A DNA stretch of 64,000 bases, from NCBI GenBank assembly GCA_018660835.1, contig JABJJN010000054.1:36877-100876 (forward strand). Direction: 5' to 3'. Made by a program: the position numbers and the translations under genes. Below the pieces are notes generated by a model. The model had not been told where the DNA came from. It saw only the letters and a program-made list of their open reading frames with translations, and ran no database searches. This DNA is from Gemmatimonadota bacterium (GTDB lineage Bacteria; Latescibacterota; UBA2968; UBA8231). Below are positions 19,136 to 28,734 of the stretch, one piece after another; position 1 is the first letter of the stretch, and each line of letters begins with the position of its first letter.

Positions 19136-19819
19136 ATGAACGAGAAGAAACTCGATCCCTTGCTGGCAGCGATGGGGCTGTTGTTCAAGCCCCATCCCTG
19201 GCACGGTGTTTCCATTGGTGATGATGCGCCAGAGGTTGTCACTGCCTTCATCGAGGTCGTGCCCACAGACACTGTCAAATACGAGATCGACAAGGTCTCG
19301 GGTTACCTGACGGTGGACCGTCCGCAGCAGTTCTCGAACATCTGCCCAGCCCTGTACGGGCTCCTGCCGCAGACATACTGCGCCGAGCAGGTGGCGGCAC
19401 TGTGCTCGGAGCGTACCGGTCGGCCTGGCATCGTCGGCGACAAGGACCCCTTGGACATCTGCGTACTTGCGGAGAAGACCATTGCCCACGGAGATCTGCT
19501 GCTGCGTGCCGTCCCCATCGGCGGTCTGCGCATGCTCGACGGCGACGAGGCTGACGACAAGATTGTGGCTGTCCTCGAGGGGGATGCGCTCTACGGTCGT
19601 TACCAGGATATCGGCGATTGCCCGGAGTCGCTGATCAGGCGACTCGAGCACTACTTCCTAACCTACAAGCAGGCTCCCGGTGAACCGGAGCGGTCCACCG
19701 AAATCACCGATATCTATGATCGCGAGGAGGCCTTCGAGGTGATCCGTCGCAGCCAGTCGGACTACGACCGACGCTTTGGCGAACTACACCACTTGCTGCA
19801 CGCCCTCCTGACCGACTGA
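19136..19819 (+). CDS. ppa: Inorganic pyrophosphatase (family I, with insertion)
   Basis: Family-I PPase signatures are present: VKYEIDKVSGYLTVDR, GDKDPLDICVL, DDKIVAV, LEHYFLTYK. Confidence 0.85.
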   Translation: MNEKKLDPLLAAMGLLFKPHPWHGVSIGDDAPEVVTAFIEVVPTDTVKYEIDKVSGYLTVDRPQQFSNICPALYGLLPQTYCAEQVAALCSERTGRPGIVGDKDPLDICVLAEKTIAHGDLLLRAVPIGGLRMLDGDEADDKIVAVLEGDALYGRYQDIGDCPESLIRRLEHYFLTYKQAPGEPERSTEITDIYDREEAFEVIRRSQSDYDRRFGELHHLLHALLTD

Positions 19820-20090
19820 GTCCGCCAGGAGGACCCTCTTGACCAGAGTGGCGCGCGGCGCTGCATCCTACGGGGTCGACATCGAGCTACTGATGGGCGC
19901 GTGTTCTGGGGGCTGCGGTCCCCTGATCACGCTTTCTTCGTTCTTGGGTTCTGTTTCAGCGTTGAGGCTGCCCAATATCTTGGTCTGTACGGTGGATATT
20001 TCGATCTATACGATCTCGCCGCGTACAGTGCCGGGCTGGTATCTGGCAGATAGGTGGCGATGGCGCGTATCAGTGGATAGGAGTTGACCC

Positions 20091-21008
20091 ATGCACCGCA
20101 CCGCCGATGCTCACTGGAATGAGGGAGTGATCGCGAAGCTGCACACGTGGGCCGCCGACAGGGAGGCCGTGCGTGCTGTACTTCTGACCAGTAACAGGGC
20201 AGGCGCAACTGGATCGTCCAATGCACTGTCGGACTTCGATGTCATTCTGGTGGTTAAGGATGTCCGTCCTTTTCATACGGACCGGATCTGGATCGGCGAT
20301 TTTGGCGTTGTTCTGGTGACCTACTGGGACGCACTCCACACGGATCAGGAGACTGGCCCTGAGTTCTTTGCCAACGTCGTTCATTACGAAAGTGGATTGA
20401 GGATTGACTTCACGCTCTGGCCCGTCGAGAAAGCGACCCGACTAGGACAGACCTCGAAGCTTCCCGCAGGTCTTGATGCTGGCTATTCGGTGATTCTTGA
20501 CAAAGACGAGCTGACAGCGGGCTTCAGGTTGCCAAGCTTCATGGCGTATGCTCCAACAAGACCGACGGCAACCGAGTTCGCACGGATCGTTGAGGAGTTC
20601 TACAGTGACGCGCCTTCTGTTGCGAAACATCTGATGCGTGGCGACTTGATGGCGGCCAAGTGGGACCTTGACCACGACATGAAGCAGGTTTATCTGAGGC
20701 GGCTTCTGGAATGGCAGATCGCGCTGGACTCCGACTGGAACGTGCCGTTCCGATCGCTCGGAAAAGGTCTGAAGCGACGCATGAGCGGCGAGCGGTGGCA
20801 GCAGCTCGAGACCGGATACGCAGGGAGCGCAATCGAAGACAACTGGCGTGCTCTCGACGCGACACTGGCCATATTCCGTGAAGTGGGCGAGGACGTCGCG
20901 CAGAGGCTTGGGTTCGTCTATCCCGTGGAGCTGCATCGACGAGTGTGCGAGTTTCTTGGCAGATATCGTCGGGACGGTGAGTCGGCGCTGGCAGGGGAGA
21001 GCCAGTGA
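20091..21008 (+). CDS. Aminoglycoside 6-adenylyltransferase-like (ANT(6)/AadK family) protein
   Basis: LLTSNRAGATGSSNALSDFDVILVVKD...RIDFTLWPVEK...ILDKD parallels the AadK/streptomycin adenylyltransferase layout as I remember it. Confidence 0.75.
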   Translation: MHRTADAHWNEGVIAKLHTWAADREAVRAVLLTSNRAGATGSSNALSDFDVILVVKDVRPFHTDRIWIGDFGVVLVTYWDALHTDQETGPEFFANVVHYESGLRIDFTLWPVEKATRLGQTSKLPAGLDAGYSVILDKDELTAGFRLPSFMAYAPTRPTATEFARIVEEFYSDAPSVAKHLMRGDLMAAKWDLDHDMKQVYLRRLLEWQIALDSDWNVPFRSLGKGLKRRMSGERWQQLETGYAGSAIEDNWRALDATLAIFREVGEDVAQRLGFVYPVELHRRVCEFLGRYRRDGESALAGESQ

Positions 21009-21205
21009 ACGGGCTCTTTACGGACGAAGCATTGCTTGCTTCGAAGGGGGGCAGTCCATCGAAAGCGATCGTGGGATACATCGACAGTTACAGCCTGAAC
21101 ATAGGCAGTCGCGCCACACTGGTGTCGGACGACACGAACAGAGCGTATGGTGTTCTTATGGCTTCGCGGGCAGACGATGTGAGAGCGCTGTATGAGCGAC
21201 TGTGA
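21005..21205 (+). CDS. Small hypothetical ORF
   Basis: 66 aa. It overlaps the ANT(6)-like stop by 4 nt (GTGA). No family recognised. It may belong to the decayed GNAT region that follows. Confidence 0.2.
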   Translation: MNGLFTDEALLASKGGSPSKAIVGYIDSYSLNIGSRATLVSDDTNRAYGVLMASRADDVRALYERL

Positions 21206-21296
21206 CGAGTTAGGAGAGATTACTTCGGCAACTTGATCGAGATGCGATTAGCGGGGACATTCCGCGCGAGAGTCCCAGGCCTGCGAGAGCGTTGCC

Positions 21297-21488
21297 ATGA
21301 TCCGACGTGCGACTCCATCCGAGGGCAACGTGATTCTTGTGGGCGAGGATCAGGGGCAGATCGTCAGCACCTGCTATCTCAATCTGATTCCCAATCTCAC
21401 TGGATCCAAGAAACCATCGACTCTACGATTCTACGAGGGCGCGGGGCTCAAGGCGAAGGAGAAGACGGGTTTTCACACACGGCTATAG
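21297..21488 (+). pseudogene. GNAT acetyltransferase remnant with internal deletions
   Basis: The 63-aa ORF keeps GNAT landmarks (MIRRATPSE, VILVGEDQGQIVSTCYLNLIPNLTGS, TLRFYEGAGL) but lacks the Q/RxxGxG/A acetyl-CoA loop entirely. Confidence 0.4.
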
Positions 21489-21517
21489 AGGCAAGGCTTC
21501 AACAACCGAGAGACGCG

Positions 21518-22165
21518 ATGCCAGAATCAGATGAACGCGACCTGCCGCCTCTGGGCGCGCAGGACTATTCAGAGACGCAGGATTGGCCCAGCTACTTCGG
21601 GGCTGTGCTGGGAAAGGGTCCCCGCGCGACGCTGACCACGGCGCTGGACTCGTTCACCCGGGAGGGGGTCGCCGATGGCCTGGCAGTCGATGTTGCCGCC
21701 GGTGAAGGGAGAGATACGCTTGAATTGCTACAACGTGGCTGGCGTGTGGTGGCGACGGATTTCCATGCTGAAGCGTTCACGCACTTGTGGCCTCGTGTTC
21801 CTGAGTCGCAGAAACAACTGCTGACAGCCCTGCAGGTGAGCTTTGAGGAGACGCACATTCCCCCATGCGATCTGGTCAATGCGAGCTATGCTTTTCCCTT
21901 CTGCGAACCGCGGCACTTCGGGGGGCTTTGGGACCGAGTCGTGGCGGCGATTCGCCCGGGAGGCCGATTGGCAGGTCAGTTCTTTGGAAAGGAAGACTCG
22001 TGGGCAGCGCTGCCAGGACGGACGCACCACGACAGGGATGAGATCATGCAGCTACTCGAGGGCTTCCAGATCGAGATGATGGAGGTCGAGGAGGCGGATG
22101 ATACGCCGGATGTGCGCAATCCCAAGCACTGGCAACTATTCCACGTCGTGGCGAAGAAGCTTTGA
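21518..22165 (+). CDS. Class I SAM-dependent methyltransferase
   Basis: The internal ATG 21518 gives a 215-aa protein. Motif I is VDVAAGEGRDTLELLQRGWRVVATD, and GGRLAGQFFG lies downstream. The upstream part of the track ORF overlaps the GNAT remnant and looks non-coding. Confidence 0.75.
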   Translation: MPESDERDLPPLGAQDYSETQDWPSYFGAVLGKGPRATLTTALDSFTREGVADGLAVDVAAGEGRDTLELLQRGWRVVATDFHAEAFTHLWPRVPESQKQLLTALQVSFEETHIPPCDLVNASYAFPFCEPRHFGGLWDRVVAAIRPGGRLAGQFFGKEDSWAALPGRTHHDRDEIMQLLEGFQIEMMEVEEADDTPDVRNPKHWQLFHVVAKKL

Positions 22166-22638
22166 GCGCCCAGATGCGCCAGCAGGCTCTTGCGCGGCTG
22201 CGCGATGCGGCGACCAGGATGCTCATGTCAGAGGACTCTGGTGAAGTGGAGACGTCTGTCGAGACAGCGTTGCGGGTTCTGGAAATCCCTTTCCACGCTT
22301 GCGGTGTGAACCGGGTGACACCGGATACTCCGCCAAGTCGGCGAGGATCACCAGAGAGTGAGCTGCAGGGACTGGAGATCATCTACCGTATCTGGGAGAT
22401 GCAACAGGTCGCCTACCGGCCTGACGTTCTGGCGGAGGATCTCTTCGGTGAGGCAAAGGCCCACGCAGATGACTACGGGGCCCCGGTTAGAAGCATCATC
22501 GATGTGCCCTTTTCGCACGGCACCCTGGCGGTCAACAGTACTGAGCCCCATGCGTTCTCGGCAGCACACATCACAGATCTCCAAGCGCTAGCCGATGCAA
22601 TTTCTGAGGGTGTTCGCTGCGGCCATTCGCAAGAGTAG
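22162..22638 (+). CDS. Hypothetical protein, GAF-like
   Basis: 158 aa. Overlaps the previous stop by 4 nt. The C-terminal SIIDVPFSHGTLAVNSTEPHAFSAAHITDLQALADAI resembles the end of a GAF domain. This is a weak assignment. Confidence 0.4.
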   Translation: MSAQMRQQALARLRDAATRMLMSEDSGEVETSVETALRVLEIPFHACGVNRVTPDTPPSRRGSPESELQGLEIIYRIWEMQQVAYRPDVLAEDLFGEAKAHADDYGAPVRSIIDVPFSHGTLAVNSTEPHAFSAAHITDLQALADAISEGVRCGHSQE

Positions 22639-22694
22639 AGAATGAGAATGGACGACCCCTTACTGCCAATCGCACGCAAATCTCGGAGAATGAC

Positions 22695-23351
22695 ATGTTT
22701 GTCGGTCACTTCGCCATCGCCTTTGGCGCGAAGAAATATGCTTCGCACGTTTCACTCGGAATGCTATTTCTCGCATGCCAGTTGGCAGACTTGGTATGGC
22801 CCAACCTTGTGCTGCTTGGGATCGAGAGCTTCGAGATTGAACCTGGTATAACAGTTCTGACGCCTCTTGACTTCACTTACTACCCCTATTCACACAGCCT
22901 GTTGGGGCTCGTCGGTTGGAGTCTGTTGCTGGCGGGACTGTATTCGCTGTTGCGGCGCACAGGCAAGAGGGCGGCCATAGTGATTGCTGTCGTCGCCGTC
23001 AGTCACTGGTTCCTGGATTTCTTGACGCACCGACCGGATATGCCAATCAACTTTGATCAGACGACGCTCGTTGGCCTGGGGTTATGGAATCATCCTGTCA
23101 TCGCCGTGCCGCTGGAGTTGCTGTTATTTGCACTTGGTATTTGGATATATGCTCGCCACACACGACCAATTGATAAGATTGGTACCTACGGATTGTGGGG
23201 ACTGGGGACATTTCTATTGATCACGTACGCGGCGAACCTACTTGGTCCACCGCCTCCATCCGTCACTGCCGTCGCATGGTCTGCACAGGCGCTCTGGCTG
23301 GTGGTCGCACTGGCCTTCTGGATTGACAGGCATCGAGTGTCGACGCATTGA
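22695..23351 (+). CDS. Membrane-bound metal-dependent hydrolase-like protein (DUF457/YdjM-like)
   Basis: MFVGHFAIAFG... plus SHWFLDFLTHRPD, with six hydrophobic helices. Confidence 0.5.
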   Translation: MFVGHFAIAFGAKKYASHVSLGMLFLACQLADLVWPNLVLLGIESFEIEPGITVLTPLDFTYYPYSHSLLGLVGWSLLLAGLYSLLRRTGKRAAIVIAVVAVSHWFLDFLTHRPDMPINFDQTTLVGLGLWNHPVIAVPLELLLFALGIWIYARHTRPIDKIGTYGLWGLGTFLLITYAANLLGPPPPSVTAVAWSAQALWLVVALAFWIDRHRVSTH

Positions 23352-24058
23352 CTGACGACGAACGTCGCAGCCTCGACGAAAAGGGTTTCGTGATTCTGTA
23401 CGACGTACTGAGTCGAGACCAGGTCACCGCGATCGTCGATCGTATCCAACACCTGGCCGAAACGTCCGAACGCGACCTTTCGCGTGAAGCCGTCGTCGAG
23501 CCGGATATGATCAAAGTCGTCGATTTGATCAATGGCGGCGATGTATTCGATGTCGGCTACACGCACCCGCGTGTGCTCGCTGCGGCGAGCCATGTGCTCG
23601 GTGGTGATATGAAGTTTCACTCCATGGGTTCGCGCTCTGCGACCCCAGGATATGGTCATCAGGCACTACATCTGGACTTCGGTCGCGATCTGGGACAGAC
23701 TCACCCAGCTGGATGCAACACGTTGTGGACGTTGGTCGATTTTGACCGCCACAATGGCGGCACCCGCCTCATTCCCGGGTCGCATACATCCGGCCAGAAT
23801 CCACGCAAGGTCCTCGACGATCCAGAGGCGGATGCCCCCGGCGAAATCCGTCTTGAAGCCCCGGCTGGTTCTGTCGTCGTTTTCGGTGGCCACACATGGC
23901 ACGGCGGTGCGCAAAACTTCAGCGACGACGTGCGCTGGACACTGTTAACTGCGTTCTGCAAACTGGACCACGCACAGGATCCGCCTGTTGCAGAGATGAT
24001 CGACGAAGACGTGCGGGCGCGTCTCAGCGAAGAGTCACGAGAATTGCTCGATCTATGA
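23348..24058 (+). CDS. Phytanoyl-CoA dioxygenase (PhyH) family Fe(II)/2-oxoglutarate oxygenase
   Basis: LDEKGFVILYDVL, the HLDF (H-x-D) facial triad, GGTRLIPGSH, and TWHGGAQNFSDDVR. TTG start that overlaps the upstream stop. Confidence 0.8.
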   Translation: MTDDERRSLDEKGFVILYDVLSRDQVTAIVDRIQHLAETSERDLSREAVVEPDMIKVVDLINGGDVFDVGYTHPRVLAAASHVLGGDMKFHSMGSRSATPGYGHQALHLDFGRDLGQTHPAGCNTLWTLVDFDRHNGGTRLIPGSHTSGQNPRKVLDDPEADAPGEIRLEAPAGSVVVFGGHTWHGGAQNFSDDVRWTLLTAFCKLDHAQDPPVAEMIDEDVRARLSEESRELLDL

Positions 24059-24074
24059 GCACCGAGAGGAGAGT

Positions 24075-24593
24075 ATGACATTAGAGCTCCGCAATCTGTG
24101 CCAGGACGACCCCGAGCAAATCTCTGCCGCTTTTGACCGGATCGGTTGGAACAAATCGGTGGCACTGTTCGAGGCCTATCTGAAGGAGCAGAATGACGAC
24201 GATCGGCAGGTTCTGGTCGCCACTGTGGACGATGTGTTTGCTGGGTATGTCACGGTCAAGTGGAGGCCGGAAGATGCCCCATTCGCAGATGCCGAAATTC
24301 CCGAGATCATGGATCTGAATGTGCTGCCCCACTATCGAAGGCGCGGGATCGCTACGGCACTGATGGATGCAGCGGAAGCACTGATCGGCGAGCGCTCGCG
24401 AACTGTCGGGATCGGCGTCGGTATGTACCCAGACTATGGGAATGCGCAGAGACTCTACGTACTGCGTGGCTACGTACCAGACGGTCGAGGCCTGACCTAC
24501 GACGCCAAGGTCCTCAAACCGATGGAGTCGACGGTGAACGACGATGATCTCGTCCTGTATTTCACGAAGGAACTGGCGTCAGAACCAGGCTGA
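24075..24593 (+). CDS. GNAT-family N-acetyltransferase
   Basis: LNVLPHYRRRGIATALMDAAEALI (R-x-x-G-x-A loop). 172 aa. Confidence 0.85.
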   Translation: MTLELRNLCQDDPEQISAAFDRIGWNKSVALFEAYLKEQNDDDRQVLVATVDDVFAGYVTVKWRPEDAPFADAEIPEIMDLNVLPHYRRRGIATALMDAAEALIGERSRTVGIGVGMYPDYGNAQRLYVLRGYVPDGRGLTYDAKVLKPMESTVNDDDLVLYFTKELASEPG

Positions 24594-24631
24594 TCAATAC
24601 TCACGTACCCTGACCAGATGGCAGGCCAGAG

Positions 24632-25105
24632 ATGAGCGATGCAGACACCTTCATTGACGCGTGCAAGAACGGGCGTATCGACAAAATCAATCAGATGCTC
24701 GAGGACGATGCCTCTCTGATCGATTCACGAGCCGATGACAAGATCCCTGCAATCATCCATGCCACTTGCGCTGATATGATCGATGTCGTCGACCTGCTCA
24801 TCGCGCGAGGTGCTGACATTGAAGCGAAGGACACGGAATACCTGGCAACGGCCGTCGGTTTTGCCGCCTGGTTTGGCCGTGCTGAGGTTGCAGCGCTCCT
24901 CGTAGAGCGAGGAGCTGATGTCGATGGGCTGGGGGAGGATCCGTCGCCCCTCGCTCTTGCACTAGACGGTGCGGATGGCAAACTCACGGGCGAAGGTTCT
25001 CCTGGGACGAAAGAAGACCACGCCGCCATCGTCGTATTGCTGCAGAGTCGGAATGCCAAGGTCATCGGTCGCATCAAGGACGAGGATTCTCAGCCTCCCA
25101 CTTAG
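24632..25105 (+). CDS. Ankyrin-repeat protein
   Basis: There are three or four ANK repeats (AIIHATCADMIDVVDLLIARGADIEAKD; AVGFAAWFGRAEVAALLVERGADVDG). Confidence 0.85.
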   Translation: MSDADTFIDACKNGRIDKINQMLEDDASLIDSRADDKIPAIIHATCADMIDVVDLLIARGADIEAKDTEYLATAVGFAAWFGRAEVAALLVERGADVDGLGEDPSPLALALDGADGKLTGEGSPGTKEDHAAIVVLLQSRNAKVIGRIKDEDSQPPT

Positions 25106-26006
25106 ACAGTGCAGGTAGAGACAAGTCTGCCACGTCAGGCCAATAAGAGAGACCTCTGCGCACAGCCTTGGCTTCTTTGTCACCCTGGGCGACAGCTGTT
25201 TCTGCCATGAAGACCAGGAGTGCGTGCGTCCGCTTGTAGGTGGATGCAAGGGGCTCTTCGCTGAGTCCCATCGACATGAGACTCTCGATCTCTTCCAGCC
25301 AGGACGGCTCGATCTTCTCTATCTCACGCAATCGAGAGATCGCTCGTTTTGGCCCCCGATACCAGGCTCCGTGCACAACCGAGGCCAGACGAAAAAGGCG
25401 CTGCAGCATTTCCAACAAGGCAATACGAAAGAAGGCGACATCACTCAATTCGCAGGCGCGTTCAAGATCCAGCAGATCCGCGCGAGCCTCGAAAATTATC
25501 TCCTGGATCGCCTTGTGCCTAAAGAACTGAGGCATTGGCTCGAGGCTCTGACGCCAGCCCAGAATGACACCCTCTGGGTCCCAAAGTGGCTGCGCCACGG
25601 ACATGGTCGCGGCGAATGCCTCGGGCGAATAGTACCGATAGCCGGGCCATCGTCCCGCAACCACAGCGTTGAGTTTCTTCTCGACTTCCTCCAGTGGAAA
25701 GTAGCCGAAGCCGAAGCGCAGACCGTTGATGGCAAAGCGGTCGTTCATTCCTCCTACGACTGTGGCTCGTGGCTCATTGAAGAGAGGCAGTGATGCCCAC
25801 ATGGCGCGCCGTGCTTGTTGATCTGGGTAGGGACCGACCGACGTAAACGCTTCGAGGTCCCAATCATCCGCATCCAGCCGGTCAAAGTCATTGGCACGAG
25901 AGCCGACGAGGGACACGGCACTCACAGTGCCCAAATCGAGGATGGCATCGATCGCTATCTGGATGGGATCCGGAAGCTCGGTGATAGGTGACTTGAATCG
26001 TCGCAT
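25074..26006 (-). CDS. Nucleotidyltransferase-domain protein (DUF4037-like)
   Basis: This is the only minus-strand gene in the island. It has an NTase-type motif SLVGSRANDFDRLDADDWDLEAF and a long helical C-terminal part. Its 3' end overlaps the ankyrin gene convergently by 32 nt. Confidence 0.5.
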   Translation of the reverse strand: MRRFKSPITELPDPIQIAIDAILDLGTVSAVSLVGSRANDFDRLDADDWDLEAFTSVGPYPDQQARRAMWASLPLFNEPRATVVGGMNDRFAINGLRFGFGYFPLEEVEKKLNAVVAGRWPGYRYYSPEAFAATMSVAQPLWDPEGVILGWRQSLEPMPQFFRHKAIQEIIFEARADLLDLERACELSDVAFFRIALLEMLQRLFRLASVVHGAWYRGPKRAISRLREIEKIEPSWLEEIESLMSMGLSEEPLASTYKRTHALLVFMAETAVAQGDKEAKAVRRGLSYWPDVADLSLPALSKWEAENPRP

Positions 26007-26072
26007 AGAGACCTGTATCTATCTGTTGTCTTGAGAAGGACGTTGCACTGAGCGTGTGCCGTTGGATTAACA

Positions 26073-27119
26073 GTGTCAATCGTCAAGCGGGTAGACTCAC
26101 GCCGCGCAGCAATCACTTTTCGAATCGAGAATCGGATGTTTCTGTACAATCTGAAATGGCAGCGGCGAGAGCAGCCTATTGTTTCGGCCATGACCCACAA
26201 GCGGCCGTGGCGGAGTGTGCAGGTTTACAACCCAACAGTGGTCTGCCGAGATGGTCGGTATCAGATGTGGTTCCTCGGCAACGGCACGGCAACTCGCACG
26301 AGTGATATGGATCTGGGCTACGCCGAGTCAGAAGATGGCGTGAACTGGGTGGAACATTCGCAGAATCCGATTCTGCGGACAGGCGACTTGCCCTGGGGAC
26401 GTGCCTGGCAGACGCCCCATGTGTTGTTCGATGTGGAGGAGGATCAGTACAAGATGTGGTTTATCATGGCAGATTCTCAGCGCGACAAGAACAATGAGGT
26501 CGTCTTCTTCACACAGAGGTTGGGCTACGCCACCAGCATCGATGGACTGAGTTGGGATGTTCATCCGGAAGCCTTGCTCGAAGGTGGGCGACGGCCCTGC
26601 GTGCTGAAATCAGGGGACGGCTCCTACCGAATGTGGATGAATGCGGCGCCCGATCCTGAGGGTGACTTCAGATCTGCCGCCCGACATATCTTCGGATTTT
26701 CTTCTCCTGATGGGCTGGTGTGGACTCAGGATGAAGAGCCCGCTGTGCAAGCAACTGAACTGCACAGGAGTGTGGTCTACCCATTCGTACATCGAAATGG
26801 GTCGGATCATACGATGTGGTACGGATGCCATGTGGATGGCGGTGTCTTCCAGATATACAGTTCTACTTCTGATGACGGGGTCGTGTGGCAGCATCACCAC
26901 GACGCGCCTGCATTCGAAGCAACGCGCGATCCAAATCACTTTGACGGGCGCTACACCTCGACGCCTTGCGTTCTGGAAGAGGCAGACCGGTATCTGCTCT
27001 ACTACTCGGCAAGAGACTGGGGGAATATCTACGGCGCTGGTGATGGCACGCTTCGAGTAGACAGCGACGGGATCTATCGTCACATCGGCGTAGCAATCTG
27101 CGACAAGAGGCTGCCATGA
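26073..27119 (+). CDS. Five-bladed beta-propeller glycoside-hydrolase-like protein (GH43/32/117-like)
   Basis: It has a repeated blade signature: YQMWFLG / LGYAESEDGVNWVEH; YKMWFIM / LGYATSIDGLSWDVH; YRMWMN / GFSSPDGLVWTQ; TMWYG / SSTSDDGVVWQ; YLLYYS. The start is uncertain (GTG 26073, ATG 26136 or ATG 26190). Confidence 0.6.
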   Translation: MSIVKRVDSRRAAITFRIENRMFLYNLKWQRREQPIVSAMTHKRPWRSVQVYNPTVVCRDGRYQMWFLGNGTATRTSDMDLGYAESEDGVNWVEHSQNPILRTGDLPWGRAWQTPHVLFDVEEDQYKMWFIMADSQRDKNNEVVFFTQRLGYATSIDGLSWDVHPEALLEGGRRPCVLKSGDGSYRMWMNAAPDPEGDFRSAARHIFGFSSPDGLVWTQDEEPAVQATELHRSVVYPFVHRNGSDHTMWYGCHVDGGVFQIYSSTSDDGVVWQHHHDAPAFEATRDPNHFDGRYTSTPCVLEEADRYLLYYSARDWGNIYGAGDGTLRVDSDGIYRHIGVAICDKRLP

Positions 27120-28711
27120 GTGCTGATCACTCGCCCAACTTTCTCTTTATCACCACCGACCAGCAGCGTTGGGATGCGATGGGTCTGCACAGTCCGATTC
27201 TGCAGACCCCTGCCATGGATGGCATTGCGCGCAGGGGAATGCAATTCGGGCGAATGTATCCGACGAACGCCATCTGTATGCCGGCGCGGGCAAGTATGAT
27301 CACCGGCCGCAGTCAGCGCGGTCACCAGGTATTCAATCATGGCGTCAATCTGAGCGAGGCGATCCCCGTATTGGGTGATTCCCTGGGCAAGGCAGGATAT
27401 CAGACGGCGTTGATTGGCAAAGCCCATTTCAAGACGGCGGACATTGAAGATGTCCTGCCTGACCAGCCGCCGCCTGGAAGCCCGACCCATGCGGTAGACG
27501 ACCTGTGGTACGGCCCGTACTACGGTTTTGACTATGCTGAGATTCACACGGGACACACCTATCCAGCGGGACACTGGCGTCTATGGTTGGAACAGAACCA
27601 CCCCGCGGGTCTTGATCAGTGGCGGCCAGAGAATGCTCTCGCTCCCCGGTCCGGCGCGTATTCCAGCTGGAAGAATGCACTGCCTGCTGAGCACCACTAT
27701 ACGCACTGGACGGCGGATCGTACGATCAACTGGCTCAACAGTCATAGAACAGAGGAACCGTTTTTTCTGTGGATGTCCTTCGCCGATCCCCACAAACCAT
27801 TTACACCACCGGCCCCCTATTGCGACATGTACAACCCGGCCGACATGCCGTCGCCCCTTCCACAAGAGGACGTGAGTGCCAAACCGCCGCAATACATTCG
27901 GGCGCGCGAGGGACAGCCCTATGGTGGCTATAATCTGCAGAAGGGATGGTCAGATGATCATCATCGGGAGATCGTTGCTCATTACTACGGGCTGACGACG
28001 TTCATCGACGATTCTATCGCTCGCGTGTTGGTCGAGTTGGAGCGTTTGGGACTGGATGAAAACACACATGTCGTGTTTACCTCCGATCATGGGGAAGGAC
28101 TGGGAGACCACGGAATCGCTGCGAAACCCATGATGTCCTACGAATGTGTGAATCGTGTCCCCATGTTGTGGCGGCATCCCGGTATGATTGAGGCAGGCAG
28201 TCGTTACGACGGTGTTATGAGTCATCTCGATCTGACGCCGACGTTTATCGATCTGGCAGGCGCCGAGCCACTACCGGGTATGGAGGGACGTTCCTTCGCG
28301 CGCGTTCTTGAGGGAGAGGCGGCGCCACACAGAGACGCAGTGATCGTCGAACGGATCACGACACTACCCGCCGTCGAGCAGGAGAAGGAAGCACTCGTTC
28401 TGCGAGTTAAGATGCTGGTTACGGACAAGTGGAAGTTGCTGCACTATGGCTCGGCGCCCTATGGCGAGCTCTACGATGTGGAGAATGATCCAGGGGATCT
28501 GCACAACCTCTGGGATGACACCGCGTATGAGGATGTGAAGCAAGACCTCTGTCAACGATTGCTGGCCGAGTTGATAGATACCGAACTGGGCGATCCCGGC
28601 GTCATCCTCAAGCAAGGCGGGTTGGGTGGGTCCCTGCGGGATGCGCGGCAAATGGAGAAGCAACCGGAGGCAAGGTCTCAGTTGCACAAACGAATTGGCA
28701 GCATGGACTAG
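27116..28711 (+). CDS. Formylglycine-type sulfatase
   Basis: ITTDQQRWDAMG, the C-x-P-x-R motif CMPARASMITGRS, GKAHF, and FTSDHGEGLGDHG. Overlaps the upstream stop by 4 nt (ATGA). Confidence 0.9.
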   Translation: MSADHSPNFLFITTDQQRWDAMGLHSPILQTPAMDGIARRGMQFGRMYPTNAICMPARASMITGRSQRGHQVFNHGVNLSEAIPVLGDSLGKAGYQTALIGKAHFKTADIEDVLPDQPPPGSPTHAVDDLWYGPYYGFDYAEIHTGHTYPAGHWRLWLEQNHPAGLDQWRPENALAPRSGAYSSWKNALPAEHHYTHWTADRTINWLNSHRTEEPFFLWMSFADPHKPFTPPAPYCDMYNPADMPSPLPQEDVSAKPPQYIRAREGQPYGGYNLQKGWSDDHHREIVAHYYGLTTFIDDSIARVLVELERLGLDENTHVVFTSDHGEGLGDHGIAAKPMMSYECVNRVPMLWRHPGMIEAGSRYDGVMSHLDLTPTFIDLAGAEPLPGMEGRSFARVLEGEAAPHRDAVIVERITTLPAVEQEKEALVLRVKMLVTDKWKLLHYGSAPYGELYDVENDPGDLHNLWDDTAYEDVKQDLCQRLLAELIDTELGDPGVILKQGGLGGSLRDARQMEKQPEARSQLHKRIGSMD

Positions 28712-28734
28712 GATGACAGAACAGCGAGAAGCCA

